DNA of 64,000 nt from Bugula neritina (lineage: Eukaryota > Animalia > Bryozoa). The notes under the pieces are model-generated. The model was given only the letters and a program-made list of their open reading frames with translations, made no database searches and was not told where the DNA came from. A program made the translations under genes and the position numbers. The stretch's first letter is position 1. Every line of letters begins with the position of its first letter. Of this stretch, positions 24,401-33,839 are shown one piece after another. Where the stretch lies: the NCBI GenBank assembly GCA_964035545.1, contig OZ037765.1:19778995-19842994 (forward strand). The letters run 5' to 3'.

Positions 24401-26100
24401 TAATAGCTTATTCACACACGACGTTTTTTAGTTCGTTGGGTCCGACGAATGCCCAACTAACAATCATCGCACATCTTTGTCGCGCCAGCTGCAATAGTAG
24501 TGTATAGTTGCTTAGCAGCAGTGCTTTTACTAGTAAAGTTGTGACTAGTTAAATTTAGCGATAACTAAGTAAAAATTTTGCGTTAATAAAATAATTATTA
24601 TCAAATATGAAACATTTAAATTATGACAAATTTATTAGCTAAACAAAAGCTAAAGATTTAGTAGATTTATGTTTAACAACAGTTGGACTGTGAAAAGGAA
24701 ATGAAAATGACACGTAAAACTGCAATGCCCTGGTCGTGCTTTTATATCAAACTCAAACTGATTACTTATTTTTTTCGTAGCCTTTCATTACTCATTCTAC
24801 TTATATTTTTTATTGTTGCAAAATAAAAAATTAAAATGACCTGTTTTATAGCAGTTTTTCTATGAAAGAACTATAGCTAAGATGTTTCAGCTGAAACAAT
24901 TATAAAATAAAATAGAAGTTGGTAGTGTCTACTTTAGGTGAAATGATTCAGTTGCATCAGTTTCAATTTAACTACATTTTAACTTTTTTTCAAGTCACTA
25001 CTACTCATTGTGCACATCGACTCAGTTGCTTACGCGCATCTTTGTATTCAGGATCACAAAGCATGCAGCTGGTCAAGCTATGATAATTTCTATAAAAACG
25101 TACTTCCGTCATGAAAACTGCTTGAAATAATTTTAAGATGCTGCTGACTAGCAAAATAATATGCTTCCTACAAATTTGCTTATTTTAATTAATTAACATT
25201 TATTATTATTAATATTACTAAAATATTGATTATTTAATTTAGTTACAATGCCGCAATGTTTGCCATGTGAATTATGCCCGCGCTTTTTGCTTTTTGAAAC
25301 AAGCCAATGGAGTGCAATCAGAAAAAATTCGTCAGCTGAAACCTAGCTGGGTCAGGTTCCAACGAAACTGTGAAAAGTCGATCACGTGATCCAAAACAAA
25401 CAAACTTTTCTGCTGTCAGACCAATCAAAGAACGCTAGTTTGGCGCAATTGACGCAACTGTCCGATCACGTGATCCAAAACTAACAAAATTTGTATTCGT
25501 CGTGCCATTTTGGTCCGCTATTCGTCCAATTCGTTGATCGTGTGAATAAGCTATAAGGCTTAAACATGGCATTAGAGTTGTACACCTAAACAAATTGATT
25601 TTAGAATGTTTTCTAAAATGAATTTGCCTCCAGAAATAGCCTTGAAATTGTATTGAGCTGGTAGCCAGATTATTCCTGGGCATTTCAATGGCATATGAAT
25701 GTACCTAGTCAGCCCTCTCTAAGTACATTGAGCAGAGAAAAAGTTTTCTCACAATACTAACAGAATTGTTCTATAAGCAGCTCCAAGTTGGGGGTGACGG
25801 AATGCAGTAGTCTAGGTTCTCAAGTTTGGAGTTAGGGGTTCCAACTTAGGCCTCCAAACTCGCGAACCCCCAAACTGCTGCACTCAATCACTCCAACTTT
25901 TAGAACAATTCTTAGTAACAAGTTTTAGGTGTCTATTCAGCTTTCCTAGTTTTACAGTATCTATACCAATACCATCCTGCAGTCACTGCATTCAGTTTAG
26001 TGTCACTTCAGCATAACTTTTACTTAGCTAAATTAATAATAATTAATTCATTGATTTGCAGGTCTTGAACTCCACTGGTAAACCTACAGAAGTGGAATAG
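2098..26100 (+). CDS. Multi-Tudor domain protein (9 extended Tudor domains plus acidic/Ser-rich C-terminal tail), TDRD6/TDRD15/Tudor-like; 28 coding exons, ~2311 aa
   Basis: Exons: 2098-2199, 2405-2543, 2758-3030, 3398-3537, 3813-4106, 4779-5061, 5957-6189, 6586-6838, 7061-7264, 7569-7709, 7845-8095, 8652-8835, 9684-10202, 13925-14509, 16261-16845, 16935-17168, 17358-17553, 17641-17936, 18839-18899, 19085-19272, 19559-19647, 20222-20434, 20737-20854, 21318-21415, 21684-21881, 22317-23046, 23862-24151, 26062-26100. All introns are GT-AG and phases are consistent (6936 nt). An in-frame TAG at 2080-2082 precedes the ATG. Repeated Tudor motifs A-x-[FY]-x-x-D-x-x-WYR[AGS]...[FY]-x-D[YF]GN, with SN-like flanks (e.g. 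SPTQFW, P-x-QA-x-x-C-x-L). Exact orthology cannot be assigned without a phylogeny. Confidence 0.9.
9105..9592. mobile_element. Probable solo LTR
   Basis: ~490-bp GC-richer island in an AT-rich intron bounded by TGTAA...TTACA. Flanks TTTA/ATTA are a near-match 4-bp TSD. It contains an internal hairpin (~9253-9288) and a (TA)n run. Confidence 0.4.
9445..9470. repeat. (TA)n microsatellite
   Basis: Direct read: atatatatatatatatatatatatat. Confidence 0.9.
10264..10555. mobile_element. MITE with long TIRs
   Basis: TIR CCCTAGACACACTTTGCCGCACCG / CGGTGCGGCAAAGTGTGTCTAGGG, extending imperfectly to ~45 bp. GTT is duplicated at 10261-10263 and 10556-10558. The paralogous intron carries the empty site GAGGTTAGCTTTACATC at ~14562. 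Confidence 0.85.
10767..12482 (+). mobile_element. Degenerate, internally deleted Ty3/Gypsy LTR-retrotransposon fragment (gag, CCHC knuckle, aspartic protease, integrase fragment)
   Basis: Gag-like EDVEQFIQEFSDVAEVTQWP...; zinc knuckle CWECGSRGHRRKEC (11472-11513, CX2CX4HX4C); protease FLLDSGCTTNLLS...DAILGM; integrase-core-like VVAVGLVGPMPPTP*GNSWILVLTDHLTRWADALAIPDASAP (~12355-12480). Several frameshifts and stops; GC-rich versus host. Homology to the paralogous intron breaks at 10766. Confidence 0.88.
12494..12836. mobile_element. MITE, PIF/Harbinger (Tourist)-type
   Basis: ~70-bp TIRs GCCTAGGGCCACAC(G/T)GTGCGTATTTTCGCATGCGAAAATT...GGTGTCCACTGT; TAA TSD at 12491-12493 and 12837-12839. Confidence 0.92.
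19723..20098. mobile_element. Non-autonomous TIR element (MITE) with an internal perfect palindrome
   Basis: ~60-bp imperfect TIRs CAATAGACCCTTTTCAGAGG...TTACAATTAAGAGTTGT / ACAACTCTTAGTTGTAA...CCTCTGAGAAAGGTCTGTTG; internal hairpin at 19934-19996. Superfamily not assigned. Confidence 0.75.
23118..23334 (+). mobile_element. Full-length tRNA-derived SINE with 17-bp TSD
   Basis: A-box-like TGGTCTAGGGG, B-box-like GGTTCTAACCC, central AGGAAGAGCATCCAGTC, (GAGT)n tail. TSD GTATACTTTTGGGGGAG at 23101-23117 and 23335-23351. Confidence 0.9.
23510..23662 (-). mobile_element. Older, truncated copy of the same SINE family
   Basis: The reverse complement matches the B box, GGAAGAGCATCCAGTC and ...ACTATAAAC of the 23118 copy. 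Confidence 0.8.
24404..25553. mobile_element. Non-autonomous PIF/Harbinger-type DNA transposon (~1.15 kb)
   Basis: TIR TAGCTTATTCACAC / GTGTGAATAAGCTA; TAA TSD at 24401-24403 and 25554-25556; subterminal direct repeat CGATCACGTGATCCAAAAC at ~25379 and ~25463. Confidence 0.85.
25755..25917. mobile_element. Small foldback element / MITE
   Basis: TACTAA(CA)GAATTGTTCTA ... TAGAACAATTCTTAGTA, with inner complementary segments (AAGTTGG/CCAACTT, AGTTTGGAG/CTCCAAACT). Confidence 0.6.
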
Positions 26101-27000
26101 TTCTCATCTTGTATCCCAGTAATATCTCATCAGAGTGGGGAATTTTATGTAGCATAATATGGCAACGCTCATCGTGTGTTGGTGCTGCCAACTGTTTGCT
26201 CAACATTGAACTTTGTACACACATTCTATGTAATATAAAACTATTCAGATTTTACTAACATTTCTTTTCTTGATACACTGGTTTGCGTATCTACTATTTT
26301 GGTTTGTTGCACTTACTACACACTGTCCTAGTCCTAAGATTCTGTTAATATATCAACGATTTGTTCTGAACTCAAATACATTAATTTTAATTTGTTAATC
26401 TGCTTTGTTTCTATTTACATAACTTCTGCTTGTATTGTTGAATATTGAGATAAAATTATATTGAAAAGTGAGAAATAGAAAGAAAAGCCGGCTCACACAG
26501 CACATCATGAGTATAATGTCTTTCTGCAGTAGAATTTGTGGAAATTTTGAAATCAAAGAGTTCATGAATGCCAACAATTAATTCTGAAATAATCACAATG
26601 CAAAACTAAAATAGCCACACGGCTCTAAGTTTTTGTTATCTTCGAAGAAACATCCAGGTTTTAGGCTTTACTCTTGAGTAACACTAATAATTGTGTCTTT
26701 ACAAAGTTGTATGAAGTGAGTTAGTAGAATTTGGATTTTAGACTGGTGTAGAGAAATGTATGAGTACAGATCATATTTCTAGGGCTTGATTTGTTGTAGC
26801 AAATATGTTCAGCTTTAATGGTGACAATTCTTATCAAAATAGCAGTCTGAAGAACTTTCCAATTTTAATCTAAATGCTATTTGCATATGTCAAAGCTATG
26901 ATATGTACAGCTTATAAAACATAAGTAAAACAACAAAAAATACATATTTTTGTGGTGAAAAGCTTCAAAACTTGTGATGATAAAGTTTTGTAATGACAAC

Positions 27001-27149
27001 TTTTCAAATCATAAGATAAATAAGAATGATGGCCAAGTTTTGGAGCTGTAAAATTATATTTTGCATATGTCAAAGCTATAACATTATAAAATATAATATT
27101 ACAGCTCCAAAACTTGGCCATCATTCTTATTTATCTTATGATTTGAAAA
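27001..27149. repeat. Perfect 51-bp inverted repeat (47-nt spacer) upstream of the P450
   Basis: 27001-27051 is the exact reverse complement of 27099-27149. Confidence 0.95.
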
Positions 27150-27368
27150 ATGATTATTACAAAAATTGTTCCATGTTTTATAAAATTGCTGTGGATTATG
27201 ATGGTAGCATAGCATTGTTTTGCATCTGCTATAGTTGGATAAACTTTCCATTTGCCCTAAAGACATATTACTGTACAATGTTTTGCTGCTAGTAATTTAT
27301 ACACCCGTGTGTATAAATGTGAATACATAAGCTGTGCACTTCAGTTACTTTAATGAACATCATTCAGT

Positions 27369-30300
27369 ATGGATTGGTTTTTAGGTGATTTCACTTCATA
27401 TATCACACTTATAAGCTGTCTATTTGCAGTGTATTGTATCTATAAATGGAAGAAATATCAAGGTAATCCTCTTTATTCCTTACCAGGTGAGTGTATATTT
27501 TATTTTACTAAACAGGGTTTTTTTTAGTAAACGCTTGTCCACTAATATATTATAATGTACATAAACATATCTATGTTCGTTTATATGTAAGTTCTCCGCC
27601 TTTATTTAAGGGCCGGGTTTTTCACTGCCCATATTTGGACACATTCACTTGCTGAGAGGCAAACCTCACTTGGCCCTGTCAAACTTGCAAGAGAAGTATG
27701 GGGATGTGTTCAAGCTGCAGCTCGGTCCTCACACTGCTGTAGTAGTCGCTGGCAAAGACACAATTAAAGAGTTTTGTTCTCTTGCTACAGTGGCCGGCAG
27801 ACCCCACAGGTTTTTTAACAGCTGGACTAAACATGAGCGGTTTGTGTGTATTCTTATATATAGATTGTAGAGTACAATTTGTGTACTATGTTGTGTGTAT
27901 GGCCGTTTATATTTTTGCCAAAAATATTCTATATTCTTATTAATGACAGGCTGTAATTTTAAATGTGCCTTGCAATTAATAATGCTTCTTTCTATGGTTC
28001 GTTTTGCTTTATATAATATTTTCAACACATTAATGTCAGCTAATGTAAGATAATAATATTGAGTAAATTACTAACCTTTTTACAGAACTTGGGCTATAGA
28101 GCCGCTAGTGCAAATGTCTATTTTATTAGGTTTCTTTCAAACTAAACTCTAACATGCATATCAACCTACTTCAACATTTAGTCGGTCAGATTTTCACTAG
28201 CAGCAGTTGCAGTGATGAAGGTTATACTTTAATAAAAACAATCATGATGTGCAGTTATACACCTGAAAAATTAAAATTAGGAGCAGACAACATTTGCCGG
28301 TCAGCACAGCTAACATCTGTTCTACCAAAAGTTACATGTCAGAAAATGTGAAATATAGATAAAGCATGATGTAAATTAATGTTCATACAATTTGTCTGCA
28401 AATATTAAGGCAATATATTATTTTTCAAAACTATGGTGAGTTGTTAGTCTCCTTGAAAACCTTTATTACCAGTTTTTCTCACAGGATTCAAACTTTAAGC
28501 CACACTCTGTTTCACTAAAACTCCTATATTTTTTCTGCCGATAGTCTGATAGTTTTATGCAGTGAGATGAGCCAAGTACTTTCCATGATTACAGGTATTT
28601 TGCGTTTGGCCACAGCAAGGCTTGCCTCAAATACCGAAAAGCAGCTGTGAAGTCAATAGCTTCTCTCTCCAGCTCCAAAGTAGCAGAAGTCTGTCAGGAA
28701 GCTGTAGAGGACCTGGTAGAGAATTTCTGTATGTATAGCAGTACTATACTGCATCTGTTATTACTAAGTTTTAGCTGCTGTTGTTTTATAGTATGTTTGA
28801 TCATGAGGTAAATAGTACCAGTACAATGTTTGACATTCGCTTTGAATCCATCAGAAGAGTTGAATATGTGAAGTATGCTAGAACAAAACAAGAGTAGTTA
28901 TGTGTGAGTTCTTCAGAATTGTCAAAATTATTATCTGTGTTAGTAATATGGGCAGTTTTAGTAAATTATCAATAAGTTGGAATTCAAGTTTGTAATAGTT
29001 TGTTGAGGAAAATGTAGAATCCTTCACTTCGATGTTATTGGTGGATGGAAGTTACTATTTTCATATTGATAATTCAGAAATGATTTCCCAACATAATTTA
29101 GTGCAGAGTTATGGCTATTTAATAAGGTAGTTGTGTCATTGAATTGCTATTGGCAATCATTTCAAAATTTGTATTTGTATCCATACTATGCAATGTATTT
29201 ATTTTCAACTGTTTTTTGCAATTTTGTTCCTCCAACCTGTTTTTTATCATCACAAGTTTTGAAGCGTTTCACCACAAAAATATGTATTTTTTTTGTTTCA
29301 CCTATGTTCTATAAGCTGTACATATCATTTTTTATAAAAAAAAAAGACTGTAGTTCTATAAAAGTTCCATTGTCTATATGCTTTGTATGATACTTATTTG
29401 CTTTGACATAATATGCTGTTATTTATTTCTCTGCCTAGTTTGTTGTACTTTTAGGTTCATATTTAAGTATGTTACTATTGTGACCTGCTTTAATATTAAT
29501 ATTGATTAGGTAAAACAGAAAATGGTACACTTCAAATAGAGCAAGCCAGATCCAGTGTGGCCGACATTTCCTACTATTTATGTTTTGGAGAAAAGAAAAA
29601 AGCGAGGAACGGTTCCGAGTTTCAAAAGGTCATAGACAGCCTGAAGAACGTTCTGTCGTTTGCTTCAGTAGCCGGAGTTGCTGATTTATTCCCCTGGGTT
29701 CTATACTTGCCCAGTTTCCGACAAAGATACAGCAAGTAAGCGGTAGTCTGTTGACATTTCTTCTTCTCCAGTAAAGGTTGCCCCTTCTCTTGGCTTATTA
29801 AACATTTAGGCTATCTTTGCTGTTGAGTCTTTAAATTTTTTATGAAGCGAAACAGAAAGTAATGTGTCACTGTAAACAAGTAAATTCATAAATGTATTAA
29901 TAGTGTTCTGGTCATTAGTAAACTTGTAAACATGTTATAACCACCAGGTGCTTGCTTGTGAGTAACACACTCATACTAAGAGTAGTTGATTCAACAATTG
30001 TCACATGTATCGCAAAATGAGTATGTATGCTAGTGTATAGCGTATGCTACCTTCAGCAGATTGCAGGCATGAAATGTATTGCTTTCTAAATAATTATACT
30101 CTATAATATAAAGTATATATATTATGGCTGTGACATCTAAATACAGTTTCTAATTTGGCCTCATCAATATATCATTGAGAATAATTTCAACTGCTAAGAC
30201 ATTAAAACTTTTTGCATGTACATAATATAGATTATGCTGATATGGCAATATAATAATATTTTTTAATCTGGTAGGTAATATAGCAATATAATATATATTG

Positions 30301-32746
30301 TATTATGGTAACATAGTGATGTATTATAACTTACAATAGCAATATATCATATTATTTTTAATAGTAATGTAGTAATATAGTATTTTGTATTGTAGTAATA
30401 TAGTAATATAATATATATAGTATAATGGTAACATATTATATACAGGGATGGTGACTATAAACTTGCGTGAGTTTTTTTATAGTAATGTATTATATAGTAT
30501 TATGGTTATATAGATTATTGTTTTTAAAATTCAAAGGTTTTCTCAAGCCCAGGATGATCTGGTACAATTGGTTAAAAACCAGGAGTTGCGACATCATAAA
30601 CTTGATGGACAAACACTGGATGGGAAAGAATTTGAAGACTTGTGTGACTTACTAAAGCGGAGTATTTCAGAAGATGAAGTTAAGGTTAGTCATATGTGAC
30701 TATGTGACAATACATGCATATAGTCAACCATGTGATCATAACTGCTATGAGTTTATTGATCTTGCTTGCTATTTTTAATTGAAGTCTGTAAATATGACTA
30801 GCAGAGTTTTTCATTGCCACAATTAAATTACATATACATATAAGTATTACATAGCTCCACACTCTTGCATAAGCTTCATGTTTCTAAATGATGTGAACAT
30901 TTTTATTTTTTCCAAATTCTCAATTATTGTGATTTGGTCATGTATCTCGTGTTTAGAAATTGATGGAAGATGACCAAAACATCGGCACTCCTTCTGAGCA
31001 GACTGGAATGCTGTTATTTGCTGGGTAAGGGTTACGTTTTGTATACCTTTACTTTAACTTTACTTTAACTACATACTAATATGCCTGTTACATTATTGTA
31101 TTCAACTAAATTTCTTTTTTGTAAGAAAATAAGCTAGCCGTTAAAGTCTAAATAATATTTAAATAGGTTTTTTTAGGCAGTTTTCTACATCATTATCATA
31201 GAACCTCTTGACAATGCAATACAACCTGGTGTTGAGTAGTTAGAGTAAATACCAATTTTTTTCACAATACAAACTTTTTAAAGGTTGAAGCCCTTTTCTT
31301 TAGACCTTAAAATCAGTTATTCACACTATGGCACTTAGTTGTGCTAGTACTCGTTCATATATATGTCTGGTATAAGGCTACATATAACAGCATGATGCTC
31401 ACAATGATACATTTTCAAACATGTTATAATTTCATTTCAATAGATGGGCACAAAGCATGTTTTACTGTTGAATATTATTTATCAACTAGTACAGGGGCAG
31501 CAAGTAAATTTATGAATTTCTACTTGTAGGTATGAGACAGTAGCAGTGTCGCTTTCCTGGGCTATACTACTGCTGGCTGAACATACAGATGCTCAGGAAA
31601 AAATATATGTTAGTCTGAGTACTGGGTCTAGTGAACTGTTAGAGGCTTTTATTCTGGAAACACTCAGGTACTTCAGTTTCAGAATTTTGGCATACAAGTT
31701 GGTCCTCGGAGTTCTTTTCTGAGGACAATTATAAGTATTGAATGTTGACTACTTCATCATCACAACATAAAAACTGACGCAAGTTTATCGTCACTATCCC
31801 TGTTAATAACTCCTGATGGAAATTTTTTTTAAAGCAAGCTAAGGACTTTTTTTAAATGAGTCACAGGAGCAATTATGACTGGATGCTCTTCCTAAAATCA
31901 CCAATGACCTTTGCTGGGGATCAAACCCACAACCTTGGCATCACCACCACAGATTTTAGTCTAATATAGCAAGAAGATTCTGATAGTTATCACAGTTTGA
32001 TTTACTCAAACCTAAAGAGACCAAGATATTTATGTGGCAGATTCAGTATGGCGTCACCCCTCTCCATGCCTCACATGACTACAGAGTCGTGCACAGTCAA
32101 CGGTTACTTGATACCAGCAGAGACACTAGTTTTGGTGAACCTGTGGTCTGGCAGCAGAGACAGCAGGATCTGGGGACCTGATGCTGACACTTTTCAGCCA
32201 TTTCGATTTCTATCTGGCTCTGACAGCAACCAAGTGAGTGCACATCACGGTTTTACTGACTACTAGTAGCACATGCAAGAAAGCTGACTTTTGGTAAAAC
32301 CAAAGCTTTGACAATCAATATAACAACTAACAAATGACCGAGAAATCCCATATGTTTACACCTTTGTAATATACCAAATAATTAATAGCATCCCAAATAA
32401 TTATTTTGCATTTAATATATTTTAGTTGTACAGTCGTACCAAATATAATAATATGTTATCTTCAATGACAGTAACCGCTTGTTACTAATATAGATTTGTT
32501 ACTGTAATTTTCTTACAGATAGATACTGCAATGGCGGATCAGTTGATAGCATTTGGAAGTGGTAGAAGACGGTGTGTTGGTGAACAATTGGCTAAGAATG
32601 AGTTACGTCTGCTACTGAGTGGACTAATTATGCGATGTCAAATATTATTAGCCAATAAAAATGAAGCAGTTGATTATTGGCCACTAAGTCAAGGCAGTAG
32701 AAATGTCCCACCAACTGTTGACTTGAAGTTTAAAAGGAGAGAATAG
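27369..32746 (+). CDS. Microsomal cytochrome P450, clan 2, CYP1-like; 9 exons, ~493 aa
   Basis: Exons: 27369-27486, 27611-27839, 28595-28728, 29510-29735, 30537-30684, 30957-31024, 31530-31667, 32041-32233, 32519-32746 (1482 nt, phases consistent). N-terminal anchor, KWKK, PGPGFSLP hinge; I-helix FAGYET; K-helix ETLR; PFRF; heme motif FGSGRRRCVGE. Confidence 0.92.
29243..29328. repeat. Dispersed repeat: inverted copy of 26898-26984
   Basis: TTTATCATCACAAGTTTTGAAGC...ATAAGCTGTACATATCAT matches the reverse complement of 26898-26984 with few changes. Confidence 0.85.
30442..30472 (+). mobile_element. 3'-end fragment of the tRNA-SINE family
   Basis: ACAGGGATGGTGACTATAAACTTGCGTGAGT matches the 3' end of the 23118 SINE. 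Confidence 0.7.
31772..31940 (-). mobile_element. tRNA-SINE family copy in P450 intron 7
   Basis: The reverse complement contains the B-box region, AGGAAGAGCATCCAGTCATAATTGCTCCTGTG, and GTGACGATAAACTTGCGTC. Confidence 0.8.
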
Positions 32747-33839
32747 AGTTAAATAACAGTTTATATTAGTATCTTATGTTTGTCCTTCATATGTTTGAAT
32801 ATTTAAATTGTTTGTCATTTCTGTAGAGTCCCAATATAATGGGTTTCAGATATATTTCTACTTTAACTGCTTCTTTAATGGCAAGAAAATATTTAATAGA
32901 GTTGTGAATTGCTGAACCAAAAGTTCACTTTTACAATGCGATATAATTTCCTGTAATGCCTATTTGTGTTGAACAATGATATAAGCAACTGGTTCCATGT
33001 TATGTTAGCAGCTTTATTTATCAACATTAATTTTAATTACCTGAATATCATAATGTCTAAAACTCTATCGTTACAATACAACTTATATTGCTAAATATTT
33101 AAAAAAATCATAACAGAATATAAACAGTGATTCTCATAGACGACATTCTCAGAGATTGGGATACAAAGAATAACCACACCGCTAGAAGACTAAAATATTG
33201 CCAAGTGGGCGTGACTAGACTGGAATATTTCAATTGATAATAAAAATCTTGTCAGGGTAATAAATATATAATAAAACTTAAAACTTCAAAGAAAATAAAT
33301 TAAAATATTATATATAAACTTTTAGAAATTTTACATAGCGCTGAAGGCTGAGATTCTCTAAAGTTACATTCAACAAAAATAATAAATTTCAAATCATGTT
33401 ACACTTGATCATAAAAATAGGACACGACAATCCAGTCAATTAAAAGTCTTTTTAAAAGTAAACCAAAATCTTTACCACAAAAAACATCCATAACTTGAAT
33501 ATCTGAAATGTTCACCTTTCGGCCCAAGGATTTCATATAACACATTTTGCAATATAAATTACTGATAAACACAAAATAATAATTAAAGATGTTTTGCGCC
33601 ACTTAGTACAACTACATTAGCAAGTTTGAGACCCTTTTATAGAGATATTTGCATCAGAAAAATAAGTTCAATGATATAGGAAAGTGAAGGTGTCTTATGT
33701 AGGAATAACTGAGACTTTAAAGATATCACATGACACCAAACATCATGTTTGCCAAAGCCTGTGAGCCTCAGACATACTAATGGAGCAATCAGTGCTGGGT
33801 GGAAAGTGCAGTAACAACTCCTCGGGCTAATTTCAATAT

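Noticed and set aside
26912-27292. Two near-identical ORFs on opposite strands (MMAKFWSC...)
   Set aside because: Artefact of the 51-bp inverted repeat; no coding features.
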